This document shows positions 22,154-44,700 of a DNA stretch of 64,000 nt, one piece after another (positions within the stretch are counted from its first letter, which is position 1; each line of letters opens with the position of its first letter). The DNA is from Hormiphora californensis (Eukaryota > Animalia > Ctenophora). Position numbers and translations under genes: made by a program. The stretch covers positions 5,704,001 to 5,768,000 of the forward strand of contig CM035352.1 in the NCBI GenBank assembly GCA_020137815.1, given 5' to 3'. Below the pieces are notes generated by a model, which saw nothing but the letters and a program-made list of their open reading frames with translations, searched no databases and was not told where the DNA came from.

Positions 22154-25100
22154 ATGAAAATATTTGTAATTTACCACGGGAAGACTTATCCCTGGCAAGT
22201 GTCGGATGGCCTAACAGTTGGGAATTTGAAGGTATATATAATGGGTATAATATGTTTGTTCTGGATCTGGATTGATCTCTGTTTCGTACATGCTAAAAGT
22301 TTCCATGCACTCTTGTCGTTGCCTCCCACCACCTCCTTTAATTTACAATCCCCATCTCTCACACACTCCTCTTACAACCACTAGTGGCGAGTTCCCCAAT
22401 CACTCGCACAACTCCCCCTCTCAAAATACCTTCTCAATGATAGTATGATCATTCTCACAATACTAACTCCCTGTTCATCCCCACACAGGGTGAGATCCGG
22501 AAGAAGTTTGGACTGGACGTCCAACAGAGTATATCCCTGTGGCACGGGGGAGCGGATCTGGCAGGCAGTTGGATTATACAGGATGTGGGTATTCCTTATG
22601 GTGCCTCCCTCCACTGTGGGCTTCGGGAGCAGGAACCAATACCCAACCTTCACATCCAGTGAGTTGACCCCCCCCCCCCCCCCAACTTTCACATCCAGTG
22701 AGTTGCCCCCCCCCCCCCCCCTGCTAGGAATGTGTTGGGGTCCAGTGAGTTCCCCCCCCCCCCCCCCCCGCTAGGAATGTGCTGGGGTCCTTTACTCAAC
22801 ATTTTGGAATGTGTTACTCCTTTCAAATCCTGAAATAAATTTATTTTGTGTTATGATAACACTTCAACCGACACTTCAACTCCTTCGACTCCAATCCAAA
22901 TCATATCTCCGATACTTCAGGTGCAACTTTAATGGTCAGAGACTGGATCTGTATGATGCTGATGTGATAACCTTGACAATATTTGAACTGCAGGAAACTG
23001 TCATGCAGAGAACCGGACTTCCTTTAGGTTTGTGATCTCTTTTGTTATTTTCATTTACAACTTGTTACTTTTTACTAGAAGTAGTTCATTCAAGAGTAGC
23101 CTTTTTTATACCCTCCTCCTAATTCCCATTCTGAAAGTGAAAGATGTGCTAAATTGTTCTCATAATTTCGGTGTTCTATACAATCCCACGTCACCTCCAG
23201 TAGTCAGCCCTTGGAACCGATACCCCCCTCTGCAGGTAGTTTCAGATTGACAGACAGTACTGGGAAGGAGCTGTTCTCACGACACTCCTGTAGCCATTAC
23301 GGAGTGTTACCAGGGGCAACGGTTTATGTTCAGGTAGAAATATCATTTTAGCATCTCAAATATTAATTACTAAACCCTACTATACTGTTGATAGTGTCTC
23401 ACCCCTTATTCTACAAAGACTACCAATTGTCCTTGGTTTCGCGCGCCGGCAAGGGAGGGGTAACTGCGTTACCAACAATTGTCCCTCACCTGTATGGCGG
23501 CGCCATACCCCATTTGATTCGACAGTGCGCTCAGATGGGTCGCGGCGCCAGACAGTCCCTCACCAGTCACCCTATTCCCTCACCATTCCTGTAGGTGTGG
23601 AAAGGGTGGTCGGACCTAGTGACGGCCACGATAGAGGGGAACATAGCAGCAGTGCAGGAGGCACTGGATAGTGATAAAGTTATCAAGTTTTATCAGATGA
23701 AGGTAATTACTAATTACTAATTAGTAACTACACCTGTTAACTATTACCTTGCTCGACCCTCTTTCACCCCGCACCATACCCCTGTGTAAACTGTTACAAA
23801 TGTTTCTGCAGGTGGTAACATTTATAGCAGGGCACTATGGGCTACTAGAGCTAGCAGAGGATATGTTGAATGGTGGAGTTAGGGCTGACGAACCAGTGGG
23901 TAAGTAGGGTGTTGTCAGGGTGTTGTCAGGGAGTTGTTAGGGTGCTGTCAGGGTATTTTTAGGGTGTTGTCAGGGTGTTGTCAGGGTGTTGTCAGGGAGT
24001 TGTTAGGGTGCTGTCAGGGTGTTGTCAGGGTGTTGTCAGGGTGTTGTCAGGGTGTTGTCAGGGTGTTTTCAGGGTGCTGTCAGGGTGTTTTCAGGGTTTT
24101 GTCAGGGTTTTGTTAGGTGGTTTTCAGCTGTCTGGCGCCGCGACCCATCTGAGCGCACTGTCAAATCTGAGCGCACTATCAAATGGGGTATGGCGCCGCC
24201 ATACAGGTTTTCAGGGTGTTGTCGGGGTGTTGTCAGGGTGTTGTCAGGGTGTTGCCAGGGTGTTGCCAGGGTGTTGTTAGGGTGTTGTCAGGCCAATACT
24301 CTGGCAGATGGTGTGAGATTACGTGGTGGTGCTGGTTATGGGAGTCCCCGGCCCCCTTTTAACCTGCAGCATGTACAGATCATATTATACACATGTTCAA
24401 TATACCGAGAGGGCCAGGGGTCAGAACAAAGAGCACATTCCCCCGGGGTTACATCACTTCTCCTCCTGACCCACACTCCTAACTTGTTGAGTAAGGGGTG
24501 GTTCAACAACCCCTCCTAACTTGTTGAGTAAGGGGTGGTTCAACAACCCCCCTAACAAGATAACGAGCATGAATTATGAAGGGGGTGCAGCAGCTGCCAT
24601 GAGCAATATCATATTTCATATCACACCGCGTGTCACTGCTGCAGCGTACTGCGTTACCCCCCACCCCGTTACAGACACATACCGCATATTTAGTGCAGGG
24701 GCGTGCTGCAGAGCAGGAATGGCACATTTTCTGATTTGTTGTTGGGACGTGGTCCATCTCATTGACCCTCTCCCTACTATTATAACACCTCCCATATATT
24801 TCAGGAACCGACCGAATCGGGAAATACTGGTCCCTGATTGGCTGATAACCAGTCACGTGACCTAAATAGCGAGTTCTGATTGGTTGTTTACTTGTGTCAT
24901 TTCAGGTTACCATCCCGGAAAGCAATGGTGTAATGACAGGGCAGATCCAACTCTCCACCTGTATGCGGTACATCGAGCTGTTGCAGAGAACAAGCTAGAG
25001 CTACTGAGACTCTTCATGAGTAGATTCCCCGCATCCATCATTGTACAGGTACTGCACGTGGTAAACATTGTAACGGTACATTCTGAAGGTAAACATGGGG

Positions 25101-27584
25101 TGGAATATGTGGGGAATACGATGCTATAGTATTGGGGGTCAAAGGGATTGTTTTTTCGGTAGGTTAGTGGCCGATGGGGTTATTGGGATTTTCAGGATAT
25201 AAAATGTTAAACATTTAACGAGATTTGCTTTATTCTACTCGCTTGTGTTTGGGCATGACAAATTTGATAAAAGGGTCAATAATCAAGATAGCTTTGTTTA
25301 GCGAGAAACAAGGGGGATGTCTTCATGAGACACTATTTACTCTTCAGAACACCCCATGTTTGGTCAAATATTCCAATCAGTTTTCATTTGTCTAAACTTC
25401 TCCAAGTATAAGCAGCTCTCTGGCGGCGCCGACGCGATCTATGTGCACTGTCACTGAAAATCAAAACGGGATCTGGCGCCGCCCGAAAGAGTAGCAGAAC
25501 TATTATACCACCACCTTCTATCTAGTAGGCAACTTCCTATACTGTTATCTACTACTCACCTTCAGAATTACAAGGGTCAGAGTGCACTAGTGATTGCCCA
25601 GGTGCACGGTCATGCGGAGTGCGTAACTCATATCAATACCAAACAGAGTAAACCCACTGTTGTGGTACCCAACCTAGTGGGGCAACAGGAGGATGAGACA
25701 TTCCTCTATAGGTAGGGGGCTGCATGTGTAGTAATCATGTGTAGTAGTGTAACCATGGTGACATGTGATGCTTCAATCAATTAAGTGCATGAAGGTACAC
25801 AGTTGTGTTGATGTGTTTCCTTGATCATAGTTCAGAAGCTTAGAATGTAATGAAAAGCATGTGAATCACCCAAGAAGTGTAATATGTCTTTTGTTAAGTC
25901 GTGATCCGTGTTATTTCGTGCTTACCTTTGTGATTCCTTCAATTCTAACACAACCAGGTTCCTTCTTCCTGATGATGCAGCTGTTCTTAACATACATCCT
26001 GATCCTATCTCGCTTCTGGCTGAACCAATACATAACCCCATGGTATCTTGACCTCATGTAATTGCTGCATTTGTCCTCTATTTTCTCACCCTAGCACAGT
26101 TTCGCTAGGAATTACTGTCTGGCTGCTAAGATTAAGCAGTGGCAAGGTACTGGGAGAGACAAGGTTGCTCTGCTGTCTAAACGAACATCTGATGGGTCCT
26201 TTAACTTAAAGGCTTTTGAGGCAAGGAGAAGTCAGGTCCTGCCAACTAAAAGTTAGTAGTGTGCATGTGGTTATAATGGTTCCTATTCTCTCATCACTTG
26301 TTCGAGGAGGAATGATTTCCTGATTTCAAATTCTCTTGATTACCAACTGTATGGCGGCGCCATACCCCATTTGATTCTCAAATTGGGCTGCGACAGTGCG
26401 CTCAGATGGGTCGCGGCGCCAGACAGATTACCAATATGAAAGTTCTAGTGTGGTTTAGAATCTCCCCAATATGATAGAAAGTTCTAGTGTGGTTTAGAAT
26501 CTCCCCCAGGTGACAAGGCAATGCATGTGGATGGACTGATCCATTTCCGATCCCGTACATGTCCCGCCAACTTTGCCGAGAGACCTCTCTCCAGTCTATC
26601 TGATAGGCGGCCCGTGGTAAGTCAACGTTTGTGATGTGAATTGTGTTTCTCTGATCTTGTGATGATGTGAATTGTGCTTCTCTTGATACCCTGGGATGTT
26701 TCTTCTATCGTGATCCAGGAATGCTGCATGTGCTCTATGTTTGTATATGAATGTTAGAGGTGCTGCATTTCCTTTGGCTCCTACTGCAGCAGCTGCTGTA
26801 CTATTTTTGTTGCAAATTCATGATGCTTGCTCTTTCCTGTGGCTTGTACAATTGAAGCTGTAACGGTTCCTTGATTGATGATCATGAGTGTTCTCTTACA
26901 TAAAACCATCTCCTAATTCCTCTCTAGAAATCTCTACCTCTTGACCAGGCCGGCTCTCGATCCTGGACCCCCTCTGCCAAGACCCGCCAGATGAAGCAAG
27001 ATGTTCTGAACCAAGGTCTCCACTGGGATATCACCCGGCACCAGAGTGGCAAGGTGGAGTTCTCAGATCTCCTGTTCACACCCTCCCGAACCACAGCTGC
27101 CTCCCTCCCCTCCTTGTACAAAAGTCAGTCCAGTAATGGGAGTGATAAAAGTAGCGGACCCACCCGATCTGCGAGACAGAGTAGCAAGAGAGGAATCACA
27201 GCCATTGAGGACCACAGTACGGGCATGTGGATACACAATGGTCTCACTGCAAAGGAGAAGGCCACTGCATGTCTGGACATGTCCAGCAGTTACAGCCGGA
27301 AAACCTGGATGACTAGGTTTAGGATCGCAATGTCAGTGAATGAGAGTACACTGAAGAGAAAACTAAAGGAGGACAGTCCCTCGTATTACCCGTCACCCGT
27401 AACGAACAGGGCAGGCTGTACCGGAAACAAATCCGACAGAACAAACCCACCTCAACTAGGACACGTAACTTTGCGGCGGATTGGCAGAACTGCGTGGAGT
27501 CACGTGAAGCTAAATCTCAACACGACGCACGTGTGTTTAGAAGTCGTGGTTCGTCCATTCTGGGACATGATCACCGCCGTCTAA
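22154..27584 (+). CDS. ANKUB1: Ankyrin repeat and ubiquitin domain-containing protein 1, multi-exon
   Basis: Exons encode MKIFVIYHGKTYPWQVSDGLTVGNLK|...LWHGGADLAGSWIIQDVGIPYGASLH (Ubl1), ...TGLPLGSFRLTDSTGKELF...YGVLPGATVYVQVWKGWSDLV (Ubl2), ankyrin-like FIAGHYGLLELAEDML...ADEPVGYHPGKQW...AVHRAVAENKLELLRLF, and C-terminal KEKATACLDMSSSYSRKTWMTRFRIA. This is collinear with vertebrate ANKUB1. The exact 3' end is approximate. Confidence 0.85.
23490..23555. mobile_element. 66-bp MITE (family B, CTGT...ACAG ends), 8-bp TSD
   Basis: CTGTATGGCGGCGCC...GCGGCGCCAGACAG flanked by TCCCTCAC on both sides; intronic in ANKUB1. Confidence 0.85.
23907..24290. repeat. 11-bp intronic minisatellite (GGGTGTTGTCA)n interrupted by a family-B MITE
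   Basis: Direct reading. MITE at 24128-24206 in reverse orientation with TSD GTTTTCAG. Confidence 0.9.
24802..24895. mobile_element. Family-A MITE copy, 3'-truncated, next to an ANKUB1 splice acceptor
   Basis: Near-identical to 21929-22024. Confidence 0.85.
26347..26426. mobile_element. Family-B MITE copy (80 bp), 8-bp TSD ATTACCAA
   Basis: Same termini as 23490-23555; TSD at 26339-26346 and 26427-26434. Confidence 0.85.
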
Positions 27585-27886
27585 CTACTGGCTCATCGAC
27601 TAAATCATCATCATGAACACGATATATAGAGCGAGATCAGTCAGACCATGTGACTAATGGTCGGTATTAAGTGCTGAGAGAGAGATCTAGCCATTCGAGT
27701 TACTGGCCGCATACAGAGTCTATATCCGGAATGCCGTATTGGCCATTTAGTGATCATGTTGGTGATGAAAGTTATGAACGTTATGAAACAATAAAACTAT
27801 AATATATTTGACCTAATGAAATGTTGCAATATGTGTTGTAGCTCATGAAACGAAATGTATCTAACGGGAATACGTGCAGTAATCAT

Positions 27887-29359
27887 GGTAGTATGAAAGA
27901 TTAGGTCGTGCGCGCCAAATGGCGCCATATGGCGCCAAATGGCGCCATCAAATTCGCCAAATGGCGCCACGTGGCGAATAAATGGCGCCATTTGGCGCCA
28001 AAATGTGGCGAGTGCGCACTATCGCCAAATGGCGCCATTTCTGGCGCCAAATCTGGCGCCACGTGGCGCCACGCGGCGCCACGTGGCGCCAGTGGCGATC
28101 GCCATTCGCCAAATATTGGCGACTCTTGGCGGTATCGCCACGTGGCGATGGTACAAAGTCTGAAAAAAAACATGCGCAAAATTGTTATCGCCAAATGGCG
28201 CCATTTGGCGCCATTAAGTGATCAGGAGATCAAGTCGCCAAATGGCGACGTTTGGCGCCAGATGGCGACGTTTGGCGACAAATGGCGACTAACATTTGAC
28301 AAACAGTTTGCGCCATATGTCGCCAATTGGCGCCATATGGCGACATTTGGCGCCAAATGGCGATGTTCGGCGCTAAGTGGCGCCATATGGCGCCAGATGG
28401 CGACAAACATTTGACAAAAATTTGGCGCCATATGGCGACATTTGGCGCCAAATGGCGACGTTTGGCGCCAGATGGCGACGTTTGGCGACAAATGGCGACT
28501 AACATTTGACAAACAGTTTGCGCCATATGTCGCCATATGGCGACATTTGGCGCCAAATGGCGACGTTCGGCGCCAAATGGCGACGTTCGGCGCCAAGTGG
28601 CGCCAGATGGCGACAAATATTTGACAAAAATTTGGCGCCATATGGCGACATTTGGCGCCAACTGGCGACGTTTGGCGCCAAATGGCGACGTTTGGCGCCA
28701 GATGGCGACTAACATTTGACAAACAGTTTGCGCCATATGTCGCCACTTGGCACCATATGGCGACATTTGGCGCCAAATGGCGATGTTCGGCGCCAAGTGG
28801 CGCCATATGGCGACAAACGTTTTACAAAAATTTGGCGCCATATGGCGACATTTGGCGCCAAATGGCGAGGTTTGGCGCCATATGGCGACATTTGGCGCCA
28901 AATGGCGACGTTTAGCGCCAACTGGCGACATTTGGCGCCGTTCGGCGCCAATTGGCGATTTTTTCGCCAAATGGCGCCACGCGGCGCCGAGTGGCGAGCG
29001 TCATATTTTGGAAAGCATTGAAAATTTGCTATTCTTATCGCCAAATGGCGCCATTTGGCGATAAATATGTTGCGCATGTTTTTTTCAGACTTCATAGCAT
29101 CGCCACGTGGCGATACCGCCAAGAGTCGCCAACATTTGGCGAATGGCGATCGCCACTGGCGCCACGTGGCGCCACGCGGCGCCACGCGGCGCCAGATTTG
29201 GCGCCAAATGGCGCCATTTGGCGATAGTGCGCACTCGCCACATTTTGGCGCCAAATGGCGCCATTTGTTCGCCACGTGGCGCCATTTGGCGAATATGATG
29301 GCGCCATTTGGCGCCATATGGCGCCATTTGGCGCGCACGACCTAATCTTTCATACTACC
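27887..29359. mobile_element. Non-autonomous foldback DNA transposon (1473 bp), GGTA...TACC ends, 8-bp TSD, built from GGCGCC micro-repeats; Merlin-like
   Basis: TIRs GGTAGTATGAAAGATTAGGTCGTGCGCGCC / GGCGCGCACGACCTAATCTTTCATACTACC extend roughly 300 bp. TSD GTAATCAT at 27879-27886 and 29360-29367. Interior is tandem TGGCGCCA/TGGCGAC units; no transposase. Confidence 0.88.
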
Positions 29360-29619
29360 GTAATCATGGTATCGTGATGCCTCGTAGCAACAACAAAGCA
29401 TCCTCTGTCTTATTAGTATTTGAGTTAAAACGTCCATCATCCTTCAGAATGGATTGTTTCTATAAAAAGAAAAAACAGTTAGATTTTAGTTGAATGAAAG
29501 AAATTAGTTATTTTGAACAACGATTTCATTGCAATATAACAACAAAAAAACGTCTTGTTTAGAATCCAGATATACACAAAAACATACTCACTGAGTATCT
29601 TTACTCAGAGTCTTTCACT

Positions 29620-29725
<106 letters not shown>

Positions 29726-29854
29726 CTTCGTTCTCTCTCTTTTCTTCTTTCTCTTCCGAAGTTCAAATAATGCATAGAAGGGGAACACAAATAAAATAAA
29801 TCTCAAATAACAACCTCCGATATATTGTCTGCTTTCTTCACCGCATCATCATCA

Positions 29855-37882
<8,028 letters not shown>

Positions 37883-37991
37883 GGTTCACACACAAGACTA
37901 AACAACTGTGTTATCAGGCTATCTACAGGACGTTCTATTGAGAGTGGGAACTGATCGGAGGCGCGCGGCGTACAGTAGTCGCGTGAGGGAG

Positions 37992-38019
37992 GTCACGTGA
38001 CTGCTCTATATCACGTGAT
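37992..38019. promoter_or_regulatory. Tandem palindromic E-boxes (GTCACGTGAC, ATCACGTGAT) ~110-140 bp upstream of the T-box ATG
   Basis: Two CACGTG cores 18 bp apart next to a GC-rich stretch and a (TC)n tract; function is inferred. Confidence 0.4.
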
Positions 38020-38068
38020 CTCTGATGGGTGCCATCTCATCCTCGCAGGGGGCTAGCTCTCTCTTTCT

Positions 38069-38142
<74 letters not shown>

Positions 38143-39608
38143 TCTCTCTCTTTCACTCTCACTCACTCTCTCCTGCAGCAGCACACAAGAGGGGTGAGTG
38201 CTCGCTCGGATCACGCTGTAAATACCAATTAGCATTTTGTTTTCCCCGGTCGGACAATGAGGAAAGAAAGATAGAGAAAGATAGAGGGATGATGGTTGCG
38301 TTTAGTTAGAGTGAACAATAAGCCAGAGGAGGAGGAGAACGTTAGCCAGAGGATAACACACGGCTATTAGAGCCGCGGCCTCCTCCTCCTCCTGCACTAC
38401 TCTAGGTATTGATTCTTGAGCCTTGCCTTGTTTACTGAGGACTAAAGAGTAGACATTATCCCTCTATCTCTCTATCTTCTCTCTATCTTCTATTTTCTCT
38501 CTCCGTTGTTTAGGCAGGGAAAGCAAGAGCTAAACGGACCTCCCCTAATAAGCACGACACTTTTGTTCTAGCTCGGACAGCCGGCTCCAGCCGAGGCCTC
38601 GTGCACGGGAGAAGAAGCACTGGGGGAGCAATTTAGGGATTTAAAGAACCACAATGGTTAAACTTAGAGGGAAGAACACTGACACACGTGTGTTTATTAG
38701 AGTTCCATATAAACAGTTCTTTATAAAGTCATGTGATCTAGTGATCTTGCGTGACTCATCTGCACCCTCCCATTGGGCTCCCAACATGAACAACCCCACT
38801 TATCACCACATATATCTCTTTCCATCTCTTTCTTTCTATCTCTTTCTATCTAGCTGATCTCTCTCTCTCTCTCCCACTCCCATGTTGCGATCTCGTAGCG
38901 GGGGGTAATTTAATGTGCCGAAATTTTCACATCTTTGAGTATATCTGCTAAAAGTCGCTACCTATGATAAGTAAATAGTATCTAAGAGGGGATATCACGT
39001 GACATTTGAAGTCGTGAGGAATATATTAGAGTCTGATATACAGGTGCAGCTGCTAAGACGCCATTTTAGAGTTTCAGTGGGTCTAGGTAATCTACATATG
39101 GATTATGGAGCTAAAAACTGTCTGGGTTTAGTCCATGAGATGCTCAAACCCTGGGAGCAGCGTGTATCTCTGAAAATATATTCTGCTTCATCCCTCTCTC
39201 CCGCTAATTTGGTGGTCACGACGTGACATGGGGAACATTGGAAAGTGTTTGTGTCTGGTCCAAAACTATAATTTGACACCAACTATCCGCCAGCGATTGA
39301 GTCGGGTCGATACTCTGGTTTCCAATTATCGGTAATTGTTTATAGGGGCTTCTTATGTGTCAACAATGTGTCAGCAGCATGCTCTCTCCAACTCTATATT
39401 TCACTTTCTCTCTCTCTCCCCAACTCTATATTTCACTTTCTCTCTCTCCCACTCTATATTTCACTGTCTCTCTCTCTCTCTCGCTCACTCTCCCTCTATT
39501 TTCTGAAATCAAGGAATAATGTTTCACATCCTGGATCTTGTGTTCCCCTATTGCACCTGATTAGTTCCACACCCAGGGACGTTATAGTGCTACAACTGCA
39601 TGAAGAGA

Positions 39609-39692
<84 letters not shown>

Positions 39693-40511
39693 AAAAGAGA
39701 AAGAGAGAAAGAGAGAAAGAGAGAGAAAGAGAAAGAGAAAGTGAGACGAAAAGATAGGCCATGTTTTGCATCTGATCTGTGCAGTATTGCGACATTGCAG
39801 GCAATAGCATGGTGATGAAGTAGCAGAACTATATTCTATCATCACTCCTCCCTTTTCCGATCGCAGCCTTGTGGCGGGTGATTGCATGCCGACATCAGTC
39901 TCCCTCCCTGGAGAGAGAGGTATGACACGGGGTTGTTCACAATTCAGATCACTATCTTTAATCTCCTCTTCATTATCTCTCTCTTCGTTCCTTCTTCCAC
40001 AACAACATCATGATGATGCCTGCGGTTTCGCCGGAGGCTTATTCAAGCCGCGTCCTGAATTCCTCTCTATCTCCCCCTCTCTCTATTATCTCCCTCTATC
40101 TCTATATCCTCTCTCTCTCTCTCTATTTCTCTATCTCTCTGTCAGTCATTTGTCGTGCCAGTCGGACCATCATCATCAGTCAATAATACAAGTAACATGA
40201 AGGGGCGGTAGTTTTACCGCTAATAACGGTCAATGTGACCACTAGTTTTCTTTACTGCAACCACTCTCCCCCTTGTGCGGTTGATTAGTAGAACCGCAAA
40301 TCGGAGAACTCTGACTGATAACACACAGTCCAGCCCCAGTTATTCCTGGACTACCCGGCCTGCCTCAAGTTGACCGATATTAGTGGTAGTATTTATACTT
40401 TAAATGGAGATGAACCGGAAATAGGACGATATAAGGGGGATCTTGAGGAGATAAAGATATAGATCTGGATCCGGATAAAGAAAAAGAAGAAGATATGAGT
40501 GAGAGAGAGAG

Positions 40512-40590
<79 letters not shown>

Positions 40591-40897
40591 GAGAGAGAGA
40601 ATGTTGCACCACCGTCGACTGTTTCCGCACAACTAACTGCCCTCAACGAGTTGTTGTGTAAAGAAAAGTGTTCTTATAAGCGGCTATACGATTCGTGTGG
40701 CCAATCTCGTACCCACTTTCCCTCTCTCTCTCTTTCTTTCCCTCCCTCTCAACTACTAGGCGGAACTGTAACTCTAAGGGGTTTACATTGGCTGTTGGTT
40801 TCTCTCACTCCCTCTAACAACAGCTAAGTAGTGTTTTCTCCCCCCACAATCCTATACCACTTTTTTACTCTCCACACACGCTCTCTCTCACTCTCTC

Positions 40898-40981
<84 letters not shown>

Positions 40982-41756
40982 TCCTCTTGGTGGTGGCTGG
41001 TTGAAAAATCCCTCTCTCACACAGAGGCGCGCCCATTTCCGCCACAGAGAGATAAGTAGCACAGGGTAGCATTACACTTACTGGGCCATAGAGGAACTGT
41101 GATTTTCAGAAGGGGGATTGAAACAAAACTTAAATAATTTAAACTTAAAATTAAAGTTGTATCTAACCTTATCCCTGTTGCAGGAGTTTTGAACCGTGCT
41201 ACAGGAGGGAGGAACGACTGATAATGATCTCAAAAATATCATACACTGCAGCTGTTGGAAAGAATCAGGTAAAATGTGGTGTGTGTCCCATTGTCCCAAC
41301 CATGGATATGGCTTTGGATATCTCACTGTCCATCTTCTAGACATACCGCTGCAGTGTCTTTAACATCCACGTTCTGCACTGTTCTGCAACACACACACAC
41401 ATCAGTTGGATCGCTTTTCATGCATCACATGTGATCACGTGACTTGCACTACTTGTTATACACACGTGTATGTTTCTAAATCACTAAGGCAATCCTACAT
41501 CTTAATCACCATGCTTACTCCGTGAGAGAGGGGGCAGTTCTTTCATCATGCTCCTAACATCTCAATCACTTGTACTTGGCTAGCCAGTATCGGCATCACT
41601 TGGCCCGTTATTCAATTGCTAATTTCTCTGATCCCTTGCCAGTCTAAAAATTGTGGCAGTCGTTCCTTTTCCATCCTAGAACTATTCAGTAACATTGCGT
41701 CTTCTTACCCCACAAATAACACCCTCGTATCTCGATCTAGTAGGGGAAGCGGAAAC

Positions 41757-44700
41757 ATGACAACACCTTTCAAGAGTGGTGCCTCGCGCACTGCGAGTAC
41801 CCGACCCAAGGAGTTCTACTGTACGGTATTTGGGCAGATGGACCGGAGTCAGACTAACCTCGCTGTTGTGTTGAGGACATACTTTTATCCTAAAGAAATC
41901 ATGACTGGGGCCATGGTGAGTAAAACCACTTGTTTTCATTTGCCATGGTGAGTTATTATAACAGCCTACCAGCTAGTATCTGTATAGTAGCTAGCATTAT
42001 ACCTACCCCGCCTACCCCTCCATTATAATTCGTCTCACTATTGACACGTGTTGTAGAATGAACTGCGGTGCATTTATTGGTAGTAGCAGCATATAGTTCT
42101 ACTTAGAAATGGGGATATATATCCTCTGGATAGTAGATCAAGAGAACCAACTTTAATGACTTTATTTAGCTTTTATTAAACTTTTACACAATTTGTCTTC
42201 TAGTGTTTTAGCGACTAGACACTATCCCACGTTATATAGAACCAATAACTTCCCCCTACCCGTTTAAAATGCTTTCTAACTCTCAGAAACACACGTCCTT
42301 TGATCACCCCTTCCTCAGAAACACGTTGAAGAGAGATGGGACGATAACGCCAGTTTCAAGATTATCTGTAACCACGAAGTGAACAGTGATCCACCCAGTG
42401 TTATGTTGTGTAACCCAATCACTGTGAAGGCAAAACCTAACTCCCAACTTAGGATTGATCTTCTCAACCAGGAAGCTGTAAGTACCTCTCACACCCCGGC
42501 CTCGATTAGTAACCTCCACACCCCAGCGGCCAGCCTCGATTAGTACCTGCATCTCGAGAACCGATCGTTTATAGTACCCCCTCATTAATAACCTACTTCT
42601 CCCCCCCCCCCCAACATTATTTAACCTTCTTCCCTCCCTTAGTTCCTGGATACCCGAGAGTTCTTCACGGATGGACCCCAGCTGCCCAAGTGTCTGCAAT
42701 TTGATGTCAGCCTGGAGAGTTACAACATAACCGCTGGGGCTGATGAATCTACCCCTGATCAGGAGGCTAGGGTTCCCAATATTAGGATTATCCGGTCCCC
42801 TGACGAGAAAACCGTGGCTTCAATCCCACTAGTCCACGTGAGTTACTAGTTTAGAAATACTTAGCATTAGCAGTTATATTCGGTCTGGACCCAGTGTTGA
42901 CAGTGTGCTCAGATGGGGTCAGGACCTCTAGACAGGGTTTACATGGTTAATGTTTACCGCCGAAGAACCTTTTCAAACCACTTTAGGATGTTGTAAGTCT
43001 AACAACCATCCCCCTTCTAGTTATGTGATATCCCTGATGCCGCTATGACTGGATCCTTTGCATTCGATGATTTCTGTTACACCATGGACCCTAAACCCAT
43101 CCTGGATGGCGGTAACAAACTAAACCACAACAGAACTTGGCACAGGCTGCCCCAACTTCTGGTCAAGTTCATGTCTCAGGATAGAGATCTCGCTAGCAGG
43201 GTGAGTAGAGAGCAGGAACCGACCGACACAAGTAAACAACCAATCAGAACTCGTTATATAGTAGAGAGCTTAGATCATGTGCCTTACCCTGCTAAATACA
43301 GAGGTGTACCTATATTTCCTAAACCCTCATCTCCCTTCCACAGGTTATGGATGTTGCCAAGGAGTGGGAGAATCACGCTGGCCTCCAGATAGTTATGGTT
43401 CCATTCGACTCAAAGAGGGACGCCCAGATTAGAGTACAATTCAGCGCCAAGAATATGTGTGCTATTGGTACGTATCATTACGTATAGATGTTATAAAAAT
43501 GAGAAAAGGACGTTTTCTGGTCATGGGCCCTAATTCCATGCTCTCTCTTTCTCTCAGGTACGGATGCTGAGGATATCCCAGATCACAAGGCAACCATGTT
43601 TATTAATGTGGCGCGGGATACCCACCCTGTGCTCTTCAGAAGGAGGGTTCTCCATCAGTTTGGTCACGCTCTTGGGTTCTACCACGAATTCCTGGTTAGT
43701 TCATCCAGCTCTCTTCATTTCATGTTACCTTTCTAGATACTGCTGTTTATTCACTGTGAGGATTCGGATCAACTGTTGTCCTGCTACCAAGGAAATACCT
43801 CTAACCCCTCTGTGTCCCATTTATAGGCTCTACCCAAAGACGTTGAGTGGGATGTTGCTGGTGTCCAACTAGACACCTCTATGGAGGCAGGTTGGACTAA
43901 GGAACAGACCAAGGCCCATGTGTTCAACAAGGATACGTGCTCTAACAATGCCAACTTTGACCGACTTTCCATCATGACACTTCCCTTCAAGAGGTATGGA
44001 TCATTATGGGACATGGGTTGTTAGTCATTATGGGTTGTTAGCACTCAGGGTAGTTAACTTTTAAACTTTGTATAACAGCTGTTGTTCTAGGAGGTTAAAA
44101 CTGGTGAACTCTAAAGTTTAAAACAGTTACAATGGTCATATGGTTGACAGGTTCAGCTTATATCGCTCTATTTTATCATCTAAACGGGAAGAACTTTTAA
44201 AGAGGGCTGAGAATTATAACAAGAAAGCGAGGGAAATTTGGAGAGAGGGAGAGAGAAAAAGAAAGGGAAAGAGAGTGAGAGAGGGGGGAGCAATGAAGCG
44301 GTATGCTGAAGAGCTCTTTGATAGTGCGAGAGAGAACGGCTATCATTGGCTAACTATCGTGAGTGCTAATAGTGACAGGTCTACTGCTTGCTGAGATGAT
44401 GGGGGGCTAAAGTGCAAAATACTAGCTATATAAGATGCTGTCTCAAACAGTCTAGTCGTAGTTGACATTTAACTACTAGGTATTTCAAACCACCCTCTCG
44501 TTCCTCTCTCACCCCTTCTTTCTCTAACCACATCTTCATCTCCCTAACCACCCCTTCCCAGGTCCTATATTAAAGGATGGCTACCACGACAGCACCAGAG
44601 TGTGCTAAGTGTGGATGACAAGGCCCTAGTTAAACACCTCTACCCCCTGGCCCATGAGACCCATGAGTGGGCAGATCCTCTATCATCCCCTGTCCCTGTA

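Noticed and set aside
24477-24557. 39-bp tandem duplication containing CTTGTTGAGTAAGGGG (related sequence at ~20877 and ~46214)
   Set aside because: Probably remnants of another tiny repeat family, but I could not define ends or a TSD.
27797-29345. Dense cluster of overlapping ORFs (MAPNGAIWRH...)
   Set aside because: They arise from stop-poor GGCGCC repeats in a non-coding foldback element.
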